This document shows, one piece after another, positions 1 to 9,782 of a stretch of DNA of 40,604 nt. The translations under genes were made by a program, and so were the position numbers. The notes under the pieces are model-generated. The model ran no database searches, was not told where the DNA came from, and saw only the letters and a program-made list of their open reading frames with translations. Source of the stretch: a virus (taxonomy: Duplodnaviria > Heunggongvirae > Uroviricota > Caudoviricetes); the IMG/VR virus record IMGVR_UViG_2778261089_000001, positions 1 to 40,604 of that record; one strand, written 5' to 3'. Each line of letters opens with the position of its first letter. The stretch's first letter is position 1.

Positions 1-14
1 TTGGTTTGGGAGAA
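1..14. other. Partial hix/gix-type DNA-invertase crossover site (central TT at 1-2, half-site GGTTTGGGAGAA)
   Basis: Window starts with TT GGTTTGGGAGAA, an inverted match to the site at 1816-1841; reading frame across it joins in-frame to the constant fibre segment. Confidence 0.5.
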
Positions 15-503
15 GGCTCTGCATTACCGGTTGGGGTGCCTGTTCCGTGGCCTTCAGCCACTCCGCCAACAGGCTGGCTGAAATGCAACGGTGCCGCTTT
101 TTCTGCTGAAGAATACCCGGAACTGGCAAAGGCTTATCCGACAAATAAATTGCCTGATTTACGTGGTGAGTTTATTCGTGGCTGGGATGACGGGCGTGGT
201 ATTGATGCTGTACGTGCCTTGCTAAGTCTTCAGAATGGAGGAGTGGAATCACACACCCACCAAGGGCAGCTCTTCAGAGTTAGTGATTATCGTACAAAAG
301 AAATACCAGCATCAGAAGTTATGGGAAGAGGATATATTGCAAGCCTGACGCCGGGTGCTGATAGCCCACTTGATTTTGATGATTATTCTGTATCTTCTAA
401 TCCAAATGGATATTTTGTCGGGAATCAGAGAACAACAGCATATGGGATAAATGAAACCCGTCCACGGAATATTGCATTTAACTATATCGTGAGGGCTGCA
501 TAA
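3..503 (+). CDS. Tail fibre C-terminal variable domain (alternative tip, Sv-prime), 5'-partial; not fused to the constant part in this orientation
   Basis: Translation ...PVGVPVPWPS...HTHQ...NIAFNYIVRAA resembles lambda Stf C-terminus; frame open to window edge. Confidence 0.75.
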   Translation, partial: GLGEGSALPVGVPVPWPSATPPTGWLKCNGAAFSAEEYPELAKAYPTNKLPDLRGEFIRGWDDGRGIDAVRALLSLQNGGVESHTHQGQLFRVSDYRTKEIPASEVMGRGYIASLTPGADSPLDFDDYSVSSNPNGYFVGNQRTTAYGINETRPRNIAFNYIVRAA

Positions 504-1105
504 TGGATAACGCTGTATTAAATAGCGAGTTTATTGCTACAAAGGCGGGGAATATTACCGTCTATAACTATGATGGCGAAACACGGGAATATATTTCCAC
601 ATCAACTGAATATCTTGCCGTTGGTGTCGGTATCCCTGCATATTCCTGTTTAGATGCCCCTGGCACATACAAAGCTGGTTATGCAATCTGCCGATCTGTA
701 GATTTTAACTCATGGGAATATGTGCCAGACCATCGCGGTGAAATCGTCTTTAGCACCGAAACAGGAGAATCAAAAGAAATCACAGTTCCGGGTGATTACC
801 CTGATAATACAACCACTATCGCCCCGTTAACGCCATACGATAAATGGGATGGTGAGAAATGGGTGACGGATACCGAAGCACAGCATAGCGCCGCAGTAGA
901 TGCAGCAGAAGCACAGCGCCAGTCACTGATTGATACTGCAATGGCTTCAATCAGTCTGATTCAGCTGAAATTGCAGGCCGGACGTAAACTGACGCAGGCA
1001 GAAACAACCAGCCTTAACACTGTGCTGGATTACATTGACGCGGTGACGGCAACAGATACCAGCACCGCGCCGGATGTCATCTGGCCTGAACTGCCGGAGG
1101 CGTAG
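503..1105 (+). CDS. Tail fibre assembly protein (Tfa, paired with the alternative tip)
   Basis: Lambda Tfa-like; C-terminal DTSTAPDVIWPELPEA motif; TAATG overlap with preceding fibre ORF. Confidence 0.8.
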   Translation: MDNAVLNSEFIATKAGNITVYNYDGETREYISTSTEYLAVGVGIPAYSCLDAPGTYKAGYAICRSVDFNSWEYVPDHRGEIVFSTETGESKEITVPGDYPDNTTTIAPLTPYDKWDGEKWVTDTEAQHSAAVDAAEAQRQSLIDTAMASISLIQLKLQAGRKLTQAETTSLNTVLDYIDAVTATDTSTAPDVIWPELPEA

Positions 1106-1517
1106 GCCATTCAATATCTGGCGCACTGGCGGTATCGACCAGCTCCAGTGCGTCCAGATAATCCAGCCACAAATTATATTGTGCCAGTTCCTCACCTTTC
1201 AGACGACCAATAGCTGCTTTACCAGGCCATTGCTTACCGTTCATGTAATCATTGGCTAAATCTATTCTTTTTTGCTTCTCCACATCAGCAGCGACAATTA
1301 ATTCTTCTCGTGTAGGTGGAGGAATATCACCCCATGCTGGCATGTTATTTAAAGTTATAAGTTGCTTACCTGTAGGGGGAGTGCCGGAAAACTCATAATA
1401 AATGCTGTCACTAACGTTAATGGCATCATGTGGCCAACAATTATTATCAACATAATCAGCCTGCCACTCGATGGCATAAAAACGGGACTCAGATGGACTG
1501 AACACAAAACGATTCAT
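1077..1517 (-). CDS. Tail fibre assembly protein (Tfa, paired with the currently expressed tip)
   Basis: C-terminal DTASAPDIEWPTPP motif typical of Tfa; convergent with the other Tfa, 3' ends overlap. Confidence 0.8.
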   Translation of the reverse strand: MNRFVFSPSESRFYAIEWQADYVDNNCWPHDAINVSDSIYYEFSGTPPTGKQLITLNNMPAWGDIPPPTREELIVAADVEKQKRIDLANDYMNGKQWPGKAAIGRLKGEELAQYNLWLDYLDALELVDTASAPDIEWPTPPAVQAR

Positions 1518-1518
1518 A

Positions 1519-2118
1519 TTAATATCCTATAGCTAAAAACATAGCGTCTGAGGTGTTTGTATTTACAGCAATATTCATCATGACCTGAGCGGTAAATCCT
1601 GTATTGCTTACCCACTCGCATGAGTTAGTTATCTGAACCCATGTTAATTTGGTAGAAAAAACGCCCCAGCAATTAACAGGGAACGGGACAGGGAAAGTCA
1701 CTGGCACAGAATTTACTACACCGACAGTAGTCAAATTTGCGAGCGTCCGGCGAAACACCTGAATCTTAAGACCATCAGGACCTGTAAATAACAAATTATC
1801 GGTGTACTGCCCGCTTGCTCTTAAACCAAGGTTTTCGAGAGCCGTTTTCACCGTGCCATCCGATTTGATATCGCCAAACGGATTCTTGCGGCTTAACAGC
1901 AGCGCACGAAGCGCGGTAAGCAACTGGTCGTGCCGCGCCTTCTCCAGGCTGGCACCGGATGCCTCCACCACGCTGCAGAGTTCTTCCTGCAACATATCAA
2001 AGTAGTCATCATCCAGATCGGTGGCAGGTGTGCCGGTCTGGGGGTTACCACGAGTAAAACCGTTCTTACCCGCGCCGAACTTATCCTTCTGCGCGGTTTT
2101 AGTGTCTATGCGATGCAT
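1519..2118 (-). CDS. Tail fibre protein: constant N-terminal part (residues 1-97) fused to current variable C-terminal part
   Basis: N-terminus [10 protein letters not shown]...[15 protein letters not shown] is a conserved phage fibre N-terminus; crossover site lies inside the ORF at codon 97. Confidence 0.7.
   Translation of the reverse strand: MHRIDTKTAQKDKFGAGKNGFTRGNPQTGTPATDLDDDYFDMLQEELCSVVEASGASLEKARHDQLLTALRALLLSRKNPFGDIKSDGTVKTALENLGLRASGQYTDNLLFTGPDGLKIQVFRRTLANLTTVGVVNSVPVTFPVPFPVNCWGVFSTKLTWVQITNSCEWVSNTGFTAQVMMNIAVNTNTSDAMFLAIGY
1816..1841. other. hix/gix-type DNA-invertase crossover site (TGCTCTTAAACC AA GGTTTTCGAGAG)
   Basis: Close match to the Hin hixL site TTCTTGAAAACCAAGGTTTTTGATAA, with central AA dinucleotide. 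Confidence 0.6.
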
Positions 2119-2121
2119 GGA

Positions 2122-2706
2122 TTACTCCGGATATTTAAAAATTACGTAGGTATGCGACGGGCAGAGTTTGTTAAGCACACACTCGACAACGGTGTCGCCC
2201 CATATACGCAGTGCGGAATCACAGGGATCGCCACATGTCATCCAGGTGGTGTTGGTGGCGGCTGGCATGTTGATCTGCCAGTAATACCGCCATTCCGGCG
2301 CATTCACCGCGTCAGTACAGGCCGATGAGCAGGTGAAGGTGCTTTTGTCGTATCGCGTGATGGTGGCATCTGGCCTGCCCAGGGCAGCAAGCTGTGCAAG
2401 ATAAAAATCCTCGTTGATGCCGCCCGCCAGGTTAACCTTCGCATCCAGCCGTTGCTGACGCTGGCGAAGAGTCTGCGTCCCTGCCGGAATACATTCATCC
2501 GGCAGGCCGCACAGACGCTCCCAGCGGTTTATCAGTTCGGTGGTGGTGCGCGGATCCAGCTCCTGCATCAGGGCATCCGCACGCTGATGAACACGGGTTA
2601 ATGACGGTGCCGCACCGGCAATCGCCGGATCGCTGGCTGACCACGCCGGACCGGGCGGCAACAGTGCTGACAACAGACGGATGTAATCATCGTTTGTCAC
2701 GTCCAT
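2122..2706 (-). CDS. Mu gp48-like tail protein (DUF2313/YmfQ-like)
   Basis: Position between baseplate J-like gene and tail fibre; family-level recognition of the translation. Confidence 0.6.
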   Translation of the reverse strand: MDVTNDDYIRLLSALLPPGPAWSASDPAIAGAAPSLTRVHQRADALMQELDPRTTTELINRWERLCGLPDECIPAGTQTLRQRQQRLDAKVNLAGGINEDFYLAQLAALGRPDATITRYDKSTFTCSSACTDAVNAPEWRYYWQINMPAATNTTWMTCGDPCDSALRIWGDTVVECVLNKLCPSHTYVIFKYPE

Positions 2707-3755
2707 GAAATCGCCCCCAGAACCGCCAGTTCATTTTTCGCAATGGTGATATTGTCCGCCGGTGCAAGCAACTGATGGCTGTATTCCCCGTTCGCACCGG
2801 AAATCGCTTCACTGATACGTGACACCTTCAGTTCTCCCTGCGGATAACCATCACGCAGCAGGAACGAACGCAACTCCGCGGTGATGGCAGCCCGTATTTC
2901 CGGTGTGTCCGGCGTCACACGGATATGAAAATCCACCGTATGTGCCACCGGCCTGAACACATACAAATCAGAGCCTGCCACCGGGGCCAGTGGCCCGATA
3001 TGTTGTCTTGCCGCCGTTTCCGTTGATTCTTCCGGAATGGGATTAATCAGGTCACTGCTGGCAATCATCACACCGACAGTCCCCGTTCCCATCCAGTGTC
3101 GGTATGTCCATGCGCGGGTAATGCCAGGCACTTCTTTAGCCCAGACGACATAGTCCCCGTCAGCCCCGCCCTGCGGCGTCCAGTAATACCGCTCAATGAC
3201 GCGGGCGCGCCACGTTTCCAGCTCTTCAGTATCAAATCCGCCTGTCAGGGTGTCAGCCACACCGGAAGACGGCAGACCATTCACCGGCGTGACCAGGATT
3301 AATGCCGTACCGTCGTCAGCGTTACCGACCGCACCTGCACTTGAGCAGGCGATCGGCACGCGCAGGACACCACCGGAGCTGATTGCATCGTCAGTTGTCG
3401 TGTACTGCACCAGGTCATCGCGCTGAATAACACTCCCGGCAGTCACCTTCAGGCCATCGCTGACACCTTCCCAGCGCATATACCCGCTGGCAACCGTGGC
3501 TCCCTTGCGCGGACACCGTTTCATCGCAGCATGTCGCGCCAGCCAGGACTCATCGCACAGGTCAGGCAGCATATTCATTGCCAGATAATCGATGTAACCG
3601 TAGACCGTATGCAGCGCCGCCGCATACACCTTTGCCCGCACGTCTTCATCCATGCGCCGGAGCGTGTCGCTGACGTCCAGCCTGGCGAATAAATCGTTAC
3701 GGAGCATACTGATATTTTCTGCCAGCGTCGGGCGCTGAAATTCACTGTCCGCCAT
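2697..3755 (-). CDS. Baseplate J-like protein (Mu gp47-like)
   Basis: 352 aa; sequence character and synteny in Mu-like baseplate cluster. Confidence 0.7.
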   Translation of the reverse strand: MADSEFQRPTLAENISMLRNDLFARLDVSDTLRRMDEDVRAKVYAAALHTVYGYIDYLAMNMLPDLCDESWLARHAAMKRCPRKGATVASGYMRWEGVSDGLKVTAGSVIQRDDLVQYTTTDDAISSGGVLRVPIACSSAGAVGNADDGTALILVTPVNGLPSSGVADTLTGGFDTEELETWRARVIERYYWTPQGGADGDYVVWAKEVPGITRAWTYRHWMGTGTVGVMIASSDLINPIPEESTETAARQHIGPLAPVAGSDLYVFRPVAHTVDFHIRVTPDTPEIRAAITAELRSFLLRDGYPQGELKVSRISEAISGANGEYSHQLLAPADNITIAKNELAVLGAISWT

Positions 3756-4170
3756 GCGTTATCGCACTCCACAGATCATCAAAAGAAATCATTACTGGTC
3801 CATCACGACGCCAGAGGGTGATACTGTTACCCAGCTCATTAATCCCGGTGCGGCGGATATCCAGATCAATACGGAACACCACGCCGTCATCAGTCATCCA
3901 TTGCAGGCATTCGCGGATATATCCCCTTACCGTCTGCACCAGCTGATTGGTCAGTTTGCTGCGCTGAAGCAACCACAGTCGGGAGCCGTAACGGTCATTC
4001 TGTACCGCAGGCCAGGTATCCCCCCACCATCCCATCGGGACGTCGGCATTGTCATCAGGCTCCGCCCGCCGCCAGGTGAACAGGGAAATCACCACGGCGC
4101 GGGTCAGCGGATCCAGCGGTGCGCTGGCGCAGGTGCGTTTACCGTTCACCGTCAGCCACAGTTCCATCAT
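3742..4170 (-). CDS. Mu gp46-like baseplate protein
   Basis: 142 aa ORF between baseplate V-like and J-like genes. Confidence 0.6.
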   Translation of the reverse strand: MMELWLTVNGKRTCASAPLDPLTRAVVISLFTWRRAEPDDNADVPMGWWGDTWPAVQNDRYGSRLWLLQRSKLTNQLVQTVRGYIRECLQWMTDDGVVFRIDLDIRRTGINELGNSITLWRRDGPVMISFDDLWSAITHGGQ

Positions 4171-4715
4171 GCCTCCATCGCTTTATCAGGTTTGTCGGTG
4201 TTACTGCCCTGACCGTTCTCTCTGTGACGATGCCCGTTATAGGCAAGCCGCATCGCTGACATGGTGGTGCCGCCGGAGTCGCACAGGTCTTTCACCTGTC
4301 CGGTCACTTCCAGATCCATTTCAAAACGTGCTTCAGGTGCATTGCGAAACGTGATCGTTTTCCCTGCACCGTCCACCACGATCCCCTCCCGGGTCAGCGT
4401 CACAGACTGCCCCTGATCGTCATAGACAGCCACCTCACCCGTTTGCAGCCCTTTCAGGCGGTAGCGCCGGTCCGACACCGTAACAACCACCGCATGAGAA
4501 CGGTCGCCATCCGGAAACAACACCACCGCTTCCGCACCGCTGTTTGCCCTTGCGGTAAAACCGTAGGGTTCAAGATGTTCAACCCCGGCTTTGGGTTCAC
4601 CGGCAATCAGGGACACATCCACGGTCTGACATTTCGTGGCGGCACTGATGCTTTTCACCACTGCCCGCCCAATCAGGCCGAGAAGTTGTCGCTGCATGGC
4701 TTCAATCGTCCTCAT
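4167..4715 (-). CDS. Baseplate assembly protein V / spike (Mu gp45-like)
   Basis: 182 aa; synteny downstream of P-like hub. Confidence 0.6.
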   Translation of the reverse strand: MRTIEAMQRQLLGLIGRAVVKSISAATKCQTVDVSLIAGEPKAGVEHLEPYGFTARANSGAEAVVLFPDGDRSHAVVVTVSDRRYRLKGLQTGEVAVYDDQGQSVTLTREGIVVDGAGKTITFRNAPEARFEMDLEVTGQVKDLCDSGGTTMSAMRLAYNGHRHRENGQGSNTDKPDKAMEA

Positions 4716-5794
4716 CAGAACGGGTCCTCCTGTACTCTGGCTTTTTTCTTTTTCCGCGCGCCGGGGGCTTCGGGTTCAGGCAGATAAGCATCAGGCGGGC
4801 CGACACGGATTTCCGTCAGGGTGCCGTTCTGGTCCTGAGTAAACGTGACTTCCGAGACAAGCAGTTCGGTATTGTCGAAACCACAGACCGGATCGAAGAC
4901 AATCACCCGCTGGTTGGGCTGCCACAGCGTACCGTTACCCTGTCGCCAGCCCTGCACCACATAGGTGGTTTCATCCGTCCGCGCCGCCCGTTGTCGGGCT
5001 TCAAAGTCAGCACGCGCAATACAGCCTGCCCCCGTGGCCTGCCCTGTCTGCCTGATATACATCGGACGGTAACGGGCAATAAATGCGTCCTCTGTGCGGG
5101 CCCGCAGCGCGGTGGTGGTGGCCTCACCGAAATCATCGTCGTTTCCGGCACGCTGCCCCGCCACCTGGTAAACAGAAAATCGCTCCCGGATACTCTTCTC
5201 CGTATCGCAGGAAAGGATGTTTTCCCCGAGTACCAGCGCAGTATGTGCCCGCGTTGAGCCAATACCGCCAATCACCAGCCTGCCGTGCGGGTCGTCGTAA
5301 GCCAGTGCCTGCTGCTGACCGAGTATTTTGTTGATTACCTCAATCACCGTTTCACCGTGATCAGGCTGAACATCAGGAATAACACCCGACGGCGCACCGC
5401 TGTTCACCACCTCAATGCCGAAAGGCGCAGCAAGCGCCTGCGCAATCTGCACCAGCGAGCGTCCGTTAAACTGTGTCGGTTCGGCTGCACAGTCAATCAG
5501 GTCAGCCGTCAGACTGCGTCCGGCAATACCGGTGCTGACCGAACGGGAATCGTAACGAACGGGCGTCGCCTCCACCCAGCCGGTGATCACCAGCTCATCA
5601 CCAATCAGCACTTCCACTTTTGAACCGTTTTTAATGCGCGGCTGAAGCGTGGTGATACCCTCATCTCCCGGCCACTGGCGGGTGATCTCCACACTGAAAT
5701 CCCGCGCCAGCCGTTCAATACCGGCACCGATGCGCACCGATGTCCAGCCATTCCACTCCCGGCCATTTACCCGTAGCGTGACGTTATCGTTCAT
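4715..5794 (-). CDS. Baseplate hub / late-control-D-like protein (Mu gpP-like)
   Basis: 359 aa; synteny after N-like DNA circularisation protein. Confidence 0.65.
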   Translation of the reverse strand: MNDNVTLRVNGREWNGWTSVRIGAGIERLARDFSVEITRQWPGDEGITTLQPRIKNGSKVEVLIGDELVITGWVEATPVRYDSRSVSTGIAGRSLTADLIDCAAEPTQFNGRSLVQIAQALAAPFGIEVVNSGAPSGVIPDVQPDHGETVIEVINKILGQQQALAYDDPHGRLVIGGIGSTRAHTALVLGENILSCDTEKSIRERFSVYQVAGQRAGNDDDFGEATTTALRARTEDAFIARYRPMYIRQTGQATGAGCIARADFEARQRAARTDETTYVVQGWRQGNGTLWQPNQRVIVFDPVCGFDNTELLVSEVTFTQDQNGTLTEIRVGPPDAYLPEPEAPGARKKKKARVQEDPF

Positions 5795-7161
5795 TGCACT
5801 GGCACCTTCAGAGGGATCACCGGCACAAAGCCGGGATGCGTAATGGCATTACGCCGGATAATGTCCGCGTCACGCGCCGCGTTATCAAACCAGGTCGCCG
5901 CCAGCACCAGCGCGGGTAAAACCTCATCCGGTGTGCGCTGAATGATCCGTGCAGACTGTTCAAGGCGCGTGTTGATATCCGCATTCAGATCTGCTTTCAC
6001 CCGGCGCAGCGCCAGAAACAGCGCATCACTGGTTGTACGGGACAACTCCTTATCAATTGCCGTATTCAGTGTGTCGCGAATGTCGGTCAGTTCTTCCCAC
6101 GTTGGCAGGTCAACCGTGTTTTTCACCGCCGGTGCATTGTTCAGTGCCGGATGCGTGACAGAAGGCCAGCCGGTGCTCTGCGCGGGTGTTGTTGACTGCC
6201 CTACTGTGGCATTCTGCATCACCGCGGAAGTTGTGGGCGCAGGCAATCGTGTGACGGCATACGCCGCTTCGCTGATTGCGGTTGTACGAAGGGTGCTGGC
6301 AACCACGTTACGCTGCTGCGTCGCCGTGGCGGTAGTTTTACTGTCCGTTTTCCAGACGCCGCGCGGTTGCAGATCGCTGCCGAGGCTGACACCGGAAAGC
6401 GTTTTGATCATGGTGACCAGGTCGCTGGCGTTACCATAAAGGCGTTTCCCGGTACGCCACATTTTCTGCACCTGCTCAACGAAATTTTTGCCTGACGATG
6501 GTGGCGGCAGAAGTACCGAGATATCCCCCTGCAACAGCCTGGCGGCATCCGATACGGCAGAATCCACCACTTTCATCGCATCAGAAACATACCCAAGCAT
6601 TGTGCTGGCATTACCGACGACGTCGTTCTGCACAAAATCTGCCACGCCATCGATACTGAAACCACTGAAGCTGTCACTGATGCAGTCATCCAGTGCAGAA
6701 CAGGATGACATCAGCGTCTGCGCCGTCGCCGCACCTGAAGTGGGGTAAGAGAGTTCTCCCGCTTCGACAAACTTCAGGTCAAAGCGGACAATACGCCCTT
6801 CACTCTTCGATGTGCTGACCCGAACTTCCCCGTCAACACAGACTTTCAGCTCACCGTAAGTCGGATGGACAAGCGTGCCGGGACCGGGTTTATTCAGCGC
6901 GTCAATCAGGCGATCGCGCTGGTCAAAGCAGTCATCTCCCACCACATAAGCTGTGATGGACGGGCGGAAAGTGATTTTCCCCAGGTCTTCGGTATAGGGT
7001 TTGTCGCGGTTCGGGTATTCGTGCGTTTCCACACGACGACCGGTTCCCGCACTTTCTTCTTCAACCTTAAACGGCACACCGCGAAATGACGCGTCCTGAA
7101 GTCTGTCTTTCCACGTCATATAAACTCCGTACATAAAAAATCCCACCGGAGTGGGACTCAT
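5791..7161 (-). CDS. DNA circularisation protein N-like (Mu gp43-like)
   Basis: 456 aa; N-terminal region typical of Mu N family; follows tape measure. Confidence 0.65.
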   Translation of the reverse strand: MSPTPVGFFMYGVYMTWKDRLQDASFRGVPFKVEEESAGTGRRVETHEYPNRDKPYTEDLGKITFRPSITAYVVGDDCFDQRDRLIDALNKPGPGTLVHPTYGELKVCVDGEVRVSTSKSEGRIVRFDLKFVEAGELSYPTSGAATAQTLMSSCSALDDCISDSFSGFSIDGVADFVQNDVVGNASTMLGYVSDAMKVVDSAVSDAARLLQGDISVLLPPPSSGKNFVEQVQKMWRTGKRLYGNASDLVTMIKTLSGVSLGSDLQPRGVWKTDSKTTATATQQRNVVASTLRTTAISEAAYAVTRLPAPTTSAVMQNATVGQSTTPAQSTGWPSVTHPALNNAPAVKNTVDLPTWEELTDIRDTLNTAIDKELSRTTSDALFLALRRVKADLNADINTRLEQSARIIQRTPDEVLPALVLAATWFDNAARDADIIRRNAITHPGFVPVIPLKVPVQ

Positions 7162-7179
7162 TAACAGATTAATTTTTCA

Positions 7180-9015
7180 TTACCTGCCAAAGCGCGTATA
7201 GCCAACATCATGGCTGACATCAAAACCGCTGGATCGCGTTTCCATAACCCGCATACCCGGAGGCGAATTCACAAAAGAGACCTTGATCTCACCATCAACT
7301 TTTGGCGCAGAAGCTTTGTTAATCATGAAGGGATTCGGGCCTGTGGCACCGGAGGCGTTGTTTGACTGAGCCGGATCTACCGCCTGATAAGGTGTGTATC
7401 CCCGCGCCGGTATTCCCGTCCCATAAGCATCATAAGCACCCGCGCCCCACTGCGCAGAGTTAATGGCATCGACCGTGTCACCGGAACTGTCGGTAAACCA
7501 CTCAATAATTGGCTTCAGCTTGTCCCACATATCCTGAAACCACTTAACAACCGGTCCCCAGTTATTGATCACCATCCCCAGCGGCGACCAGGCAAAAACC
7601 TTCTTAAGAAGTTCCCAGCCAGTCTCAAAATAAGGACCAATGGTTTCCCAGAGTTTCTTAAAATAAGGTCCGACAACATCCCAGTTAGTGATAATTAATC
7701 CCGCAGCCAGGGCTATCGCCGTCGCAATCATGCCAATCGGCGTCATCGACATGATCCTGCTGACAATACTGATGGCACCGCCAACGCCCATCAATCCCAG
7801 TTTCAGAATCGCAAGACCGGCAGCAAGCCCGACGACGCCGCGAATAACCCGGGGATTTTTATCCGCAAACTTCGTGAATTTCTCCCCCAACTCCCCCAGC
7901 CATTGCGTGATATTTTTAGCGTCACCAGAAAATGCGCCGCCAATAGCCGCAAGGCCGTTAGTTGCGGTCCCTGTCATTGCCTCCCACAGGTTGGACAGCG
8001 TACCAAGCTGTGCCTGAACACGTTTATTCAGGCTGGCCTGTTTATTCATCTTCTGCTGGATCTGATCGTAGCCATCCTTTCCTTTATCGATTAGTGCATT
8101 GACCACCTGAAGGGTTTCGGCATCATCACCAAATATTGCCTTAAGTACACCTGTTCGCTTAACGTCGGTCAGTTTTCGCAGCTTTGCCAGTTGCTTAAAC
8201 ATGTTATCAAGACCGCCAAAACTCCCTTTGCCGTCAGTAAAATCGAGCTGCACTCCGAGTTTCTGGCGGGCCATAACTTTATTAACGTCCCTGATTTTCT
8301 TAACGCTTAATCCGGACTGGATAACTTTTCGCAGGGCATTACCTGCCGACTCCCCGTTCATCCCCATCTGATCCATCATGACGCTGATGGGGGCAAGGCT
8401 CTGTGCAGCCTGAAGACCGTCCTTGTTCACCATCTTCAGAACAGAACTGGTTTTAGTGAAGAAGGACAACATGTTGGTATCGTCAACGCCCAGATAAAAC
8501 GCCTTCTGGATAGTGTCGAACAGCCCCATCATGTCTTCTGACGCCGTTCCGGTAGCATCCTGCATCTTTGCAGCAAACTCAGCAGCCGCTTCCGGTGTTT
8601 TTTTCAGTTGTACCGCAAGATAAGCTGTCGCTTTACCCACACCACCCAGAATGTTTTCTGCCGGGATCCCCTGACGCACCAGCATCTGCATCATGTTCTG
8701 GAAATCAGCCGTTGTACCGGGTAGCTGGTTACCCAGGCCAATAGCCAGTTTATTGATGTCCTGAAAGCTCTTTCCAACCTCGCCGTTCGCATCCATCATG
8801 GCGACTTTCAGCCCGGTGGCGGCGTTTTCCTGATCGGCATAAGATTTCAGGGAAAGCGTCAGACCCGCTGCCAGTCCGCCACCAAGCGCCAGCCCACCCT
8901 GTGACGCTTCTTCCGCCTGGCGTTTAAATCCCCGGATTTTCTTTTGCATTTTCGACAGCGCCGGAGAAAGCCTGTCGACACCGGTGATCAACGCCTTAAG
9001 CTCAAATTCAGCCAT
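7180..9015 (-). CDS. Tail tape measure protein
   Basis: 611 aa; Ala/Gly/Lys-rich helical N-terminus, hydrophobic segment, Trp-rich C-terminus; lies after frameshifted chaperone. Confidence 0.8.
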   Translation of the reverse strand: MAEFELKALITGVDRLSPALSKMQKKIRGFKRQAEEASQGGLALGGGLAAGLTLSLKSYADQENAATGLKVAMMDANGEVGKSFQDINKLAIGLGNQLPGTTADFQNMMQMLVRQGIPAENILGGVGKATAYLAVQLKKTPEAAAEFAAKMQDATGTASEDMMGLFDTIQKAFYLGVDDTNMLSFFTKTSSVLKMVNKDGLQAAQSLAPISVMMDQMGMNGESAGNALRKVIQSGLSVKKIRDVNKVMARQKLGVQLDFTDGKGSFGGLDNMFKQLAKLRKLTDVKRTGVLKAIFGDDAETLQVVNALIDKGKDGYDQIQQKMNKQASLNKRVQAQLGTLSNLWEAMTGTATNGLAAIGGAFSGDAKNITQWLGELGEKFTKFADKNPRVIRGVVGLAAGLAILKLGLMGVGGAISIVSRIMSMTPIGMIATAIALAAGLIITNWDVVGPYFKKLWETIGPYFETGWELLKKVFAWSPLGMVINNWGPVVKWFQDMWDKLKPIIEWFTDSSGDTVDAINSAQWGAGAYDAYGTGIPARGYTPYQAVDPAQSNNASGATGPNPFMINKASAPKVDGEIKVSFVNSPPGMRVMETRSSGFDVSHDVGYTRFGR

Positions 9016-9190
9016 GTGTGCGTTTCTCCTGCTCTATCCTGTTTGCCTGACTGACCAGTAAGGGAATTTCACTGATCGGCATATTCAGCAATTCGAAAGG
9101 ATTAATGCGCCAGTAGCTGGCGCAGTCAAAGAAGCGATCAGTGAGGTATTCAGCCGTCAGGCCTGGAGGAAAAAACCGGCCACAAGCCAC
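9008..9190 (-). CDS. Tail assembly chaperone frameshift extension (GT-like -1 frame), ends at tape measure start
   Basis: Overlapping -1 frame ORF continuing from slippery site T_TTT_TTC. Confidence 0.6.
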   Translation of the reverse strand: MACGRFFPPGLTAEYLTDRFFDCASYWRINPFELLNMPISEIPLLVSQANRIEQEKRTHG

Positions 9191-9426
9191 GCCGCTGCAT
9201 TCAGGTCTGCCGGAGACATCTGGTCGACAGAGCTTTGCGGCACTTTCGCCAGCCGCACGATGTATTTCGATACCACATGCGCCAGAAGTCTGACGGACTC
9301 ATCCTGATTCATCTGGTAGGGATATCCCAGCTCGCGGACATCTTTCCCGGTGGGCTCATCAAACTCCAGTACGGAGAGTGTCTCGCCATGAGCGGTAATC
9401 GGTTTCTTTAACTCAAGCTCTTTCAT
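9157..9426 (-). CDS. Tail assembly chaperone (G-like, zero-frame product)
   Basis: 89-aa ORF between tube and tape measure ending ...AGFFLQA with slippery heptamer. Confidence 0.7.
   Translation of the reverse strand: MKELELKKPITAHGETLSVLEFDEPTGKDVRELGYPYQMNQDESVRLLAHVVSKYIVRLAKVPQSSVDQMSPADLNAAAWLVAGFFLQA
9169..9175 (-). promoter_or_regulatory. Programmed -1 ribosomal frameshift slippery heptamer (T TTT TTC on minus strand)
   Basis: Heptamer in zero frame GGT TTT TTC of the 89-aa ORF; -1 frame continues as FFPPGL... Confidence 0.65.
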
Positions 9427-9782
9427 TACTGGTAATCCCCTTCTTCACCGTGGAACTCAAGATCAACCGTGCCTTCTTCGGCATTATGGTTCGCTTCGCC
9501 GTGCAGCCAGGCAGACGACAGTACATAGACCTGACCGTTCGCCAGCTCGGCAGTGATTGTCATCTCATCAGACGAGGTGATTTTGTTCACCGGAAAATTC
9601 TTCGGCACCTTGAAGGTCCCTTTGACATAAGGCGCACGGTGAGTTTCCTTGCGGTCCACTGAGCCGTCCAGGCCGATGATGTCATCATTGACCGTCCTGT
9701 TCATGGGCACCTCAATGCCGCCGGTCAGCGATAGCTGCTGACCGTCAATTTTGAAATAACAGGTTCCCCCGATACGGGCCAT
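9426..9782 (-). CDS. Tail tube protein (Mu gpM-like)
   Basis: 118 aa directly after sheath gene. Confidence 0.7.
   Translation of the reverse strand: MARIGGTCYFKIDGQQLSLTGGIEVPMNRTVNDDIIGLDGSVDRKETHRAPYVKGTFKVPKNFPVNKITSSDEMTITAELANGQVYVLSSAWLHGEANHNAEEGTVDLEFHGEEGDYQ

Noticed and set aside
7688-8017. Plus-strand ORFs embedded antisense within the tape measure gene (also 7903-8094)
   Set aside because: Fully contained in a well-supported long minus-strand gene; typical spurious antisense frames
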